A stretch of 64,000 nt of DNA, taken from positions 13,020,001 to 13,084,000 of the forward strand of contig NC_043003.1 of assembly GCF_006345805.1 (NCBI RefSeq). The letters run 5' to 3'. Below, piece after piece: positions 41,801 to 53,700 of this stretch. The notes under the pieces are model-generated. The model searched no databases. It saw only the letters and a list, made by a program, of their open reading frames with translations, and was not told where the DNA came from. The stretch's first letter is position 1. Every line of letters starts with the position of its first letter. The position numbers and the translations under genes were made by a program. Origin of the DNA: Octopus sinensis (Eukaryota).

Positions 41801-44021
41801 TCCAAAGCTTATGTAAAACGCAGCATGACAACCGTTAAACCAGCAGCGACAAAAGCTCCAGTCGATGTCTCAACTTCCTGCACATTCACAAAAGATTACT
41901 GTGGATGGAAGCAAGATAAATCAGACGATGGGGATTGGCTAATCGGATTAAGTGAGAAAGCATCAATGAAAGACCATACTGGAGATGGTAAGGAACTTTA
42001 TTTCTGGCAGTAATAAAGAATTCTTTGTATTCTCAATAGTTTTTTTAATTTCTAATTGATGAAAAGTCAATTAGATAGATGTGAGTGTGGCTGAGTGGTA
42101 CAAAAGTCTGTTTCCAAACAACATGAGTTTGGGTTCAGTCCCATTGGGCAAGTGTCTTCTATTGTAGCCCCGGGCTGACCAAAGCCATGTGAAAACATTT
42201 AGGAAATTGAATGAAGCCTGTCATATATATTACGTACGTATATATATGTGTATGTAATGTTTGTATTTATGTATGTATATTTGTATGTATGTATGTATGT
42301 ATGTATGTATGCATGTGTGTATGTATGTATGCATGCATGTATGTATGTATGTATGTATGTATGTATGTATGTATGTATGTATGTATGTCAGTCGGTCAGT
42401 CAGTCAGTCATTGTTCATTTTTATTTCAAGATTTCTTGCCAATAAGGAAAGAGCTGGTTTTTGACCAAGATCCAAGGCTCCTTCACTGGAACTTCAACAA
42501 TATCAACAGGGTATTTTTGTATGTATATATACGTGCAGATTTGTATGTTTTGTTTTATGCATGCATTCTCATGCATATAGCTCTCTATATAGACATACTC
42601 ATATATACGTAAATGATAGACTTCTGGAAAGTTTTACAGATTTTTACAGTTCCAGTGATGGTTTGGATCTGTAGTCTTCAAATCAACTTCCTCCTTCCTG
42701 ATTTCGAGAAGCCTAATTTCTCAAGATTGGTATTCAGGCAAAGTGTTACATATCCCAGTGCCCCAGTAATTAGATATAAACCTGTTATGTCACACGTTCG
42801 GATGCCTCTACTACTCCGACTGCTACTCTACTCTTGACTCTCTACTACTCTCTGGCTTCTAGACTTCTCCCACTATATATACGTATTGGGCTAGTCTACT
42901 TCATCGTCTGGGGGCGTCGACACAACAAAATCTAAACTTGTAATCTGGATAGAGTAACTGCAAATTTCTCAATAATTCAACTTAGGTATTTTCTTTTCCA
43001 CTGATCTTTAGCTTTATGTTAACATCCACTGGGCAGCTGATTTTCATAATTGTATGCAGTTTCTCTTCGCTATTTCAAATCATTGTGTCAGGTTTATTAC
43101 TTTTGCATTTTATTAAGGTTTTCACTGGGACATTCCACCAGTACTCCTTTTTATTATGAGTGGATTTGGCTTCCACCATACTGTCGGTTCTTATTTCTTT
43201 GTCTTTGGAGTTATGTGTGTATGTATAAACAATATTCCTTTATTGTGACTTAACATTCTATTAATATTTCCATTAAGATACAAAACTTTATAGTCTTTGA
43301 TAATCTATGATTAACCCTTTTGATACCAACCCGGCTGAAACTGGCTCTGGCTCTGTAGTACAAATGTCTTGTTTTCATAAGTTTTGAATTAAAATCTTCC
43401 ACCAAACCTTAGTCACAATTTATGTTCCCAGCACTAGCTTAATGATGACTAAGTTATTTTACTAAATTCTTTGTTATATTTAAAATAATTGAAAGAAACA
43501 CAGAGCATCTCAAAATATATACGGTAACGAAAGGGTTAAAAAAATTATATGTCTTTTTTAAAATTCTCTGTTACAGCTAAAGAAAGGAAAAAATTTCAAG
43601 ATAATCCCGCCCCACTGCAAAATACTACTTTATTTTACAAATTTCTGTGTTTTGGCAAACTTTTTTAAAAGCATATTTTTTTAATTATTTTCTCTTATTT
43701 TCCACTTTAGACGGCGGTCGCTATATATTTGTTAAACATTTAAATCAACCAAACAAAAAGTTCCGGCTTATCAGTCCAGACTTCACTCCAACTAGTGATA
43801 CAAGTTGTGTTACATTTTGGTATTACAAATATGGTTATTCTTCAAATTCCCTCAGAATGTACATAAAAGAAGGCCTTAATTTACCATCTTCACCTGTATT
43901 AGCTGTAAATGGATTTCCAGCTAAAAGGTGGGAGAGAGAGATGTACAGTGTCCACATAAACAAAACGTTCAATGTAAGTCAATATATATAGTTATTATTA
44001 TTATTGTTATTATTATTATTA

Positions 44022-44084
<63 letters not shown>

Positions 44085-44086
44085 CA

Positions 44087-44151
<65 letters not shown>

Positions 44152-45635
44152 TATATATGCATGCATGCACACACATACACACACATGTGTGTGTGTAAAA
44201 ACAAATATCTCTCTGTGTATATGTTCAAAATGCAGTCTTGTTATGCATTCTGTATTTGATATTTTTTAATTCTAAATTTTGAATATGTTTTAAGTCTTAA
44301 ATTGAGTTTTTCTTACCTGTTGTAATAATAGTTTACCTTCTATAAATAGTATATAAATATTTATTCTATGCCTGTATGGTGGTATTTGAAATTAACTTTG
44401 AAATTCAACATTAAAATTAAAATTCCAACCACTTTTCCCTCTCAAAATCTTAGGCAAAAAAGACAGGTCATTCTTGGCTTCCTTTCATCAGTCAAGTACC
44501 ATAAGTCATAACGATTTTGGATAGTTACACTTGAGATGGTTCCATGTGCTTGTCCCTAAAAAAGTCTAAGCTAAGAGCATTAGACCCCTTTGTAAAAAAG
44601 CTAGTGAATGTGTGTGGCAACAAGGATGGAAAAAACAAACAAACAAAAAGAAAACGAGAACATGGTACACAATTACGAATACAACAAGAAATAACAAAGG
44701 GAGAAAAAAAGTAATCAGGCTTGGGAACAAATGAAATGAACAGGATAAGGAAAAGCATAAATATCCCAAAGACAAATATCCCTTCTTCAGCTGTTGACTG
44801 AAATTTGATAGTTTCAGCATTGATAACAGGATCACTATTTCAGCACACTATTAGACTTAATGTGGAATTCTATTAGAAAAAAATTAGAAAATAGAGAATA
44901 ACAAAGGGTGGGATCAATGAGACATGGAACAGTGGGCTTATGCTATGAAGGGACAAGACAACAACATATATACAAGAATATATGAAACAAATATGTATGA
45001 CAAACATCAATCTATCAACTTACTAAAAAGGATATGGAAAGATGTATTTTCTGCTTGAGAGAATAAAAAAGCTGGTGCTCTGTCAGTTGCAACAAGGGTT
45101 CCAGTTGTTTTGATCAATGGAACAGCCTGCTCATGAAATTAACGTGCGAGTATCTGGGTAATCTACAGACATGTGTACCCTTATTGTAGTTCTCAGGAAG
45201 ATTCAGCATGACACAGAATGTGAAAAGGCTGGCCCTTCGAAATACAGGTACTACTCATATTTTGTCAGCTCAGTGAACTGGAGCAATGTGAAATAAAGTG
45301 TCTTGTTCAAGGACACAATGCATTGCTAGGAATTGAACTCACAACCTTACAGTCATGAGCCAAATACCCTAACCACAAAACCACACACCTTCACATGACC
45401 TGAAACAAACCAGACAAGGGATAAAGTAATTAAAAGACTAAGTAGACAGTCTTTTGATTGAAGTAAAGCAGAACTATAAATTGAAAGTGTGTGGCGTGGT
45501 AAGAAGTTTGCTTCCCAACCATGTGGTTCCGGGTTCAGTCCCACTGTGTGGCACTTTGGGCAAGTGTCTTCCACTATACCCTCAGGCCAACCAAAGCCTT
45601 GTGAGTGGATTTGGTAGACGGAAACTGAAAGAAGC

Positions 45636-45677
<42 letters not shown>

Positions 45678-48058
45678 ATATACGTATATAAATTAGAGAA
45701 GAACTACCATGTAGCAATTCAACAACGATATAATTAAATCACGCCATATAGAAAAAATTAAAGATACGATAAAACATTTACCTAGAACTAAATAAAGTAC
45801 GAAATAATAAATAAATAGTATATAATTATTTACTAATTTATATACTATATACAAATTATATACTATTTATTTATTATTTCGTACTTAATTTAGTTTTAAG
45901 TAAATGTTTTATCATATATTTAATTTTTTTCTGTATGGTATGATTTAAGTATATCATTATTGAATTGCTACATGGTGGTTCTTCTCTAATTTTTATACAT
46001 GTATTATATATTGTGAAATTTGATTTAGTATTACTAAATTGAATTTTACCCTGTAAGTTTGGAATCATATTCCCGAAGATATGTATATATATATGTGTGT
46101 ATGTATGTATATGTATTTTTTTTTTTTTTTTGTACTTGTTTCAGTCATTTGACTGCGGCCATGCTGGAGCACCGCCTTTAGAGTGGTGAAAGAGTACAGC
46201 AGGGATCACCACCTCCTGCCAGAGCCTCGTGGAGCTTTTAGGTGTTTTTTTCGCTCAATAAACACACACAACGCCCGGTCTGGGAATCGAAACCGCGATC
46301 CTCCGACCGCAAGTCCGCTGCCCTAACCACTAGGCCATTGCGCCTCCATGTATATATATATATATTCGTGTGTGTGTGTGTGTCTTTGTGTCTATGGTTT
46401 TGCCACTACCATCACCATCGCTTCATTACCGATGTTGGTGTGTTAATGTCCCCACAACTTAGCGGTTTGGCAAAAGCAACTGATAGAATAAGTACCAGGC
46501 TTACAAAGAATAAGTCCTGGGGTTGATTTGTTCAGCTAAATGTGGTGCTCCACCATGGCCACCAAATCACTGAAACATGTAAAAGAATAAAAGAATATAG
46601 GCAACACCAAATAGAAAGAAACAAAGGAGCTGTTAGTGAAGAATCCAGTAGCCTGAAGTGTGACTGAGCTTAAAAAAGAATAGAGGATATGCATGAACGC
46701 TAGGTAAATTGAATGGGTCAACAAATCCTACGTAACTGGACTTTTCTTAGACTGTTTTTCCTTCTGAAGACGGGCCTTTGTGATTGAAATATAAAGGTTT
46801 TGTTAAATTTTCTGCATTGTCAGAAGCTGTCTATTTTCTCTCTTTTTAGATTCTTCAATAAAATGTTAGTTAAATAATTCATTTTCCATTTCAAAATTTT
46901 ATCAATTTATTTGTTTTAAGGTTGTGTTTGAAATTCGAAGTGATTCTTTTGGCATCACAGCTTTAGATGATGTTTCTATAACACACGGAGCTTGCAAGAA
47001 TGGTAAGTAAGCAATACTTTTCAATCACCACATTTCTTTTTTGTTTCTGTTTTATTTGTGCTGAAGATAAATTCTGATAAGTTAATAACATATAAAAATC
47101 AGAATCTGACATAACATATGATGGCTGCATTTGCAGAAGGCATCAAGTAAAATTTGCAAATTTTCAGTATAAGTTTAAAAGACATTAAGAAACATAAGTA
47201 CCCACACTTCAAGCAAGGCTATTTGGTGAAGAGAAAATTATTATGCTTTTTATGTTTAACTCTGATATATATACTTTATTGTGGGTTAACAAGGTAACCA
47301 ACTGTTTCATGTGAAAGGATCTTCACAATTGTTCAAAACAGAGATCAGAACAAACATTCCAACAAGGTGATTAATCTTGATTAATCTTCATCAGTGACCC
47401 ATTACTTCATTACTGAGGGTTAAAAACTCGACTCACCTTATCAGCCTTACAGAGAACACCTTAGGAAACATTGACTGATTCTGAAAACGGTGGAATGAGA
47501 ATTATAAATTATTAGGGTGGCTATTTGCAATTTACAACCAAAAGGTAACAAATATAGTCATCACTAAAGTGAATGAGGGTGCTATTCAGCAGCAACACTT
47601 CTAAAAATAAGAGTCAAAACAACTCTTAGCCCCGTAAGATTAATTTTCTAACAACTGACAAGAGAGACAAGCTCCCAATGGCAAGCAAGGTGGAGACATA
47701 TTGACACCGATTTCAGATTTGATCAATCTTTGTCAGTGACCCATTGTTCTGTTGCTGAGGGTTAAGAACTTGACTTGTCTTGTCGGTCTTATAGAGAACA
47801 CCATAGGAAACATTGACTGATTCCGAAAATGGTGAAGTGAGAAATATGTTTTTATTAAGGTAAGTCACGGATGAAGATTAATCAAATCTCGAATCATCGA
47901 TGATATGACTTACCATAAGGTACTTGTCTCCCTTATCATTCATTAGAAAAATGCTCTCATGTGTCTAAGAGTTGTTTTGACTCTTATTTCTAGCAATGCT
48001 GGTGCTGACTAATTCCTCTGTCATTTTAGTGACAACTATACTTATGCCTAATATATAC

Positions 48059-48093
<35 letters not shown>

Positions 48094-50686
48094 CGTTATA
48101 ATTATATACGTTATATAATTTTTGAGTATGCATTGTCTGGGAGATTTTTCTTATAGTAGAAGAAATAGCTAAGATTTTTTGGCTGCTATTTCTAAAAGTT
48201 CGGTGTGTGGTAAAGTAAATTATTTTACTGAACCCTAATTATATAACATAATGTTTTAAATATACCGTAAATGGTCTTTTTACATACTGAACACTACTTG
48301 GTAAAATTAATTAATAATTAATTAATTTTACCCTTTTATTATTGATAATATATATGATAGATGGACACTTTTGGTTTCTCACAAGTCGTTGGTTGGCCTG
48401 GAACTATAGTAGAAGATACTTGCTCATGGTATCACTCAGTGGGATTAAACCTGAAGCTATACACTTGGGAAGTGAACATCTTATTTCACAAAGCCACTCC
48501 TGCACCCATCCAAATTCAATAAAATTAGTATCTGTAATATAAGTAATATGATGTAAGTTAGCCAATGGACTCTACTTCTCAAACTTCGATTTTTACTTTT
48601 TTTTTCTTTTTCTTTTGCAGATTTCAGTCAATCATTATCCTGTGATTTTGAAAATAAAGATATTTGTGGTTTCCAGCAAGATACCCATGGGAAGAAACCC
48701 TGGGTTAGGCATCAAGGCAGCACATCAACCCTCAATACAGGTCCTTTATCTGACCATACTTACAGGTCTAACAAAGGTATTTTGACTTTACCCTTTAGCA
48801 AGCAGATTACTTTGTCAAATATAATGCTTATTTATTCAGTTTCAGATGGATTGGTATCATCTTCATCATTATCATTTATGTCTGTCTTCCATGTTCACAT
48901 GGGTCAGATGGGTTGGCAGGAGCTGGCAATCCAGAGGACTGCACCAAGCTCCACTATGTTTTGGCATGTGTTTCTTTTATGGCTTGATGCCCTTCCTAAC
49001 ACCAGCTACTTTACAGTGTGCACTGGGTGCTTTTTACATAGCACCAACTCTGGCAAGTTTTGTTTTGGTATAATTCTTATGGCTTGATGCCCTTCCTAAC
49101 ACCAGCTGCTTTACAGTGTGCACTGGGTGCTTTTTACATGGCACCAATACTGGTGAGTTTTGTTTTGGTATTTTTTTACAGCTGAATGCTCCATCTAATA
49201 TCAACCACTTTACAGAGTGGACTGGGTGCTTCTTACATGGCAGCAACAGGGGCAGTAAATAATTTTCTCTTTATCTTAGATAGATTAAGATTGATGTACC
49301 ATCTTATACTGCAGGTCATTATATGTTTGTGGAGGGCAGTAACACAAAACCAAATTCCAAAGTCCGACTCTTCTCACCAGTCATCAAGCTAGACAGTTCC
49401 TCATCGTGTGTTGAGTTCTACTTCAATATGAAAGGAAATGTTGGAATGCTCTCTATCTATCTCCTGAGTGGAAATCGTGCTTCATTTCTCTGGAATCGAT
49501 TCGGTAAGTTGGAATTTACCTTTCATTGTTCTTGAATTAGGCCTTTTGACTTCAGTCTTCTGTTGAAATAAGTTGTCTTTGTTTCTATAAATTTTGAAAA
49601 TGAAGAAGAATTTAGCAAAATAATGATGCCATCATTAAACCGGTATTTGAAACATAAATTAACATAAATTAAAATCTTCATGATGGAAGATTTTAATTGA
49701 GATTTCTTCAAAACACTAAGTTAGTTGTTATGTTTATGTATTTGTTTTGTAAGATTCCTGATGTGAAATCGTGTGTAGAAACAGATATTGTTTATACTTA
49801 GGGATGGCCATATTTCTTTTTTATTTTGTTAAATAAACACATGCACTGTACATTTGTTCTTCACTATAACTTTATCATTGTCAAGTACATTTGCCACTTA
49901 AATGTGGCTAACCCTTAAGGGTGGATGCTACTGTAGCTTGTGGCCCCAGAAGACACCCTCCTCCAGCTGGCTATTGACACACTTTCTGTGCCCTATCAGT
50001 ATTTTCAAAGGGAAGCCATCCTTCCCATCTTCAATCTGACATGATACACACGGACTCGAGGTTCTGGGTATTGACCCGTCATTGGCATGTGACAATCACA
50101 AATTGATGAGGAAAAAGTGGGTTCCTTCATCGGCTATCAGTGATTGTCACATGCTGATGACGGGTCAATACCCAGCAACTTGAGTCCATGTGTATCATGT
50201 CAGATTGAAGATGGGAGGGATGGCTTCCCTTCGCAAATACTGATAGGGCACAGAAAGTGTGTCAATAGCCAGATGGAGGAGGTGTCCTCCTGGGGCCACA
50301 AGCTATAGTAGCATCCACCCTTAAGGGTTAGCCACATTTAAGTGGCAAATATACTTCACAATGTCGTGCAGCTACTATTTATACCTCGCTCAGAGATTTA
50401 TTATTGTTTATTATGTTTATTATTGTCCTTTGTCTTAAATCTTTCATTAGACATCCTTTAACCTCTTCAGTGATTCTCCAAACCATGTGTCTCCTCCTGT
50501 TTAATCCATAGAATCACTGAAGAGGTCACAGGATGTGTGATGAAAGATTTAAGACAAAGGACACTAAAATAAGAACAGTAATAAAGCTGAATTGAAAAAC
50601 AAATATATAGTCCACAGGCATATGGCACAGTAGTTAAGAGTACTGGCTACTAACCACAAGATTTTGAGTTCAATTCCAAGCAGTGA

Positions 50687-50722
<36 letters not shown>

Positions 50723-53700
50723 TAATAATAATAATAATAATATAATAAATATATAGTGCTTGTGTTTATTTGGCATAAAAACATAATAATTACTATTCCA
50801 AAATATAACAATACTAAGTTAGTTGTCATGGACCTAAGATTAGTCTCAAGTGAGTTGGTATCAAAAGGGATAATAACAACCAAATAAAAACAATGATACC
50901 AGGTTCTCTCAGATGTTAAGCTTACATATTCTTGCTAATTCTTAATCTATCACATATACTGAGATTAAGATCACTTGGATTAGAAATTTTAAAGCTTTTG
51001 TAATTAAATAAACAAAAAAAGTATTAAATGCATGTATTCTGTGCGTCATTTTTCTTCTTCCTTAATTTTAAATACAAACATCCTAATCCCACCAAATATT
51101 GATTTCAAATTTTGGCACAAGGCCAGCAATTTTGAGGGTGGAGATAGGTCAATTACATCAACCCCAGTACTCAACTGGTATTTATTTTATTGAACCCCAA
51201 AAGGATGAAAGGTGAAGTTGACCTCAGCAGAATTTGAACTCAGAATGTAAAGACAGACAAACTGCTGCTAAATGCTTTGCCCGGTGTGTTGAACAATTCT
51301 GCAAGCTCATTTACCTTATTAAAAGAAGAAAAGATATTAAAAGAAAAAAAAAAGAAATCCAAAGTTTGAATAATTATATTTTCAGCTAGTTAACAGTTTC
51401 ATTAATGAATAACAAAATCATTATTAACTAAATTACATTTGTTTTACTGTTTTTTTTCTTTTGTTTTATTCCATACTTTGTAATATTTTTGAACAAAACT
51501 TTCAGTTTTTCACTTTATTTTTTTTATTTTCACTTCCAGGACATCAAAATTCTGACTGGCAGTTATCATCAATACAAATAAATTCTCATAAGCAATATCA
51601 GATTTATTTCCAAGCTATTGTTGGTGGTAAATACGATGGAGACATTGCCATTGATGATTTTACTGTTCGCAGTGGCCAGTGTAATAAACAAGGTAATTTT
51701 TTTTGTTTTTTTTTTAACCCTTTTGCAGTCAGAATTCATCATCATCATCATCATCATCATCATCTTTATCGTTTAACGTCTGTTCTCCATGCTAGCATGG
51801 GTTGGACGGTTCGACCGGGGATCTGGGAAGCCAGAAGGCTGCACCAGGCTCCAGTCTTATCTGGCAAATTTTCTACAGCTGGATGCCCTTCCTAACGCCA
51901 ACCACTCTGTGAGTGTAGTGGGTGATTTTTACGTGCCACCCGCACAGGTGCCAGGTGAGGCCATACCAAATATAATGCTTATTTATTCACCTTGTTTTGA
52001 ATAAATTATGCATTATCTCATGGCTTTGATTTGGTGGATGATGTAATTGTTCATGTTTAGAATGCTATTTTAAACTAGGTTCACTGTCGAAATTTTGAAG
52101 TTAGTTATATAACTAGGGATAACAAACATATACTCTTTACTCTTTTACTCTCTTTTACTTGTTTCAGTCATTTGACTGCGGCCATGCTGGAGCACCGCCT
52201 TTTAGTCGAGCAAATCGACCCCGGGACTTATTCTTTGTAAGCCCCAGTACTTATTCTATCGGGTCTCTTTTTGCCGAACCGCTAAGTGACGGGGACGTAA
52301 ACCCACCAGCATCGGTTGTCAAGCAATGCTAGGGGGACAAACACAGACACACAAACACACACATACATATATATATATATACATATACATATATACGACA
52401 GGCTTCTTTCAGTTTCCGTCTACCAAATCCACTCACAAGGCATTGGTCGGCCCGGGGCTTTAGCAGAAGACACTCACCCAAGATGCCATGCAGTGGGACT
52501 GAACCCGGAACCATGTGGTTGGTTAGCAAGCTACTTACCACACAGCTACTCCTGCGCCTATGTAAGCGTCCAGTAAATAAAACAATATTGCAGTAAATAA
52601 AACAAATAGAACTGTCCTTAAATGAGGATAGTTGCTTAATATGGATTAAAGCCATGTGAGTAGATTTGATAGATGGAAACTGAAAGAATCCTGTTGTGTG
52701 TGTGTGTTTACCTTACATGGAAACAGGTAAGGGTTGGCTAAAGGAAATAATCATGAAATAGACTCTTCAAACCCCCAAAACACATATGTAATGATTCTTT
52801 TTTTTATCACTCAAATTTAAATTATATTTCAGGAACATGTAACTTTGAAAATGGAATCTGTGACTGGGAAATGTCAGATGAAAATGACTTTGATTGGCTC
52901 ATTCAGAAAGCTGATGTAAAATCCAAAGCGTTAGGCCCTCTCACGGACCACACAAATATCAAAGGTGAGTTAGCATCAATTAACTCTTTTGTTACCATAT
53001 TTCTCTTAAAATATACTTCCTCTAACATCAATCAATAAAAATATAGAACAGTAATATATAAAGGTTCCACTGTGTTTGCCATAGTTTTGAAGGGATAAGG
53101 GACCAAATCACATTACTTAATTTAAAATTTACATGGGTATAGGGCAGCAGAGAATAACTACATGGTTACACAACTCACTCTATAACCACATAGTTTCAGG
53201 TTCTATTCATTGTGAGGAACTTTGGGCTTCTACTATTGACTCAGGTCAACCAATTCCTTATCAGTGAGTGGAACTAGTAGACTATATGGAAACCACATTA
53301 TCATCATCATCATCATCATCACCATCATCCTCATCATCATCATCATCATCATCATCATCACCATCATCATCATCATTATCGTTTAATGTCCATTTTCTAT
53401 GCTGGCATGGGCTGGACGGTTTGATAGGAGCTAGCCAACTGAGGAGCTGTCCAAACTCCAATTGTCTGTTGTGGCATGGTTTCTACAGCTGGATGCTCTT
53501 CCAAATGCCAACCACTTTACAGTGTGTGTTGGGTGCTAACCATCATCATCATCGTCATCATTGTTTAACGTCCGTTTTCCGTGCTAGCACGGGTTGGCTG
53601 GTTCGACCGGGGTCTGGGAAGCCAGGGGCTGCACCAGGCTCCAGTCTGATCTGGCAGTGTTTCTACAGCTGGATGCCCTTCCTAACGCCAACCACTCCAC

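Noticed and set aside
50400-50585. Hammerhead-like CUGAAGA..GAAA in an inverted repeat
   Set aside because: Core words are present in both arms, but no convincing stem I or NUH pairing.
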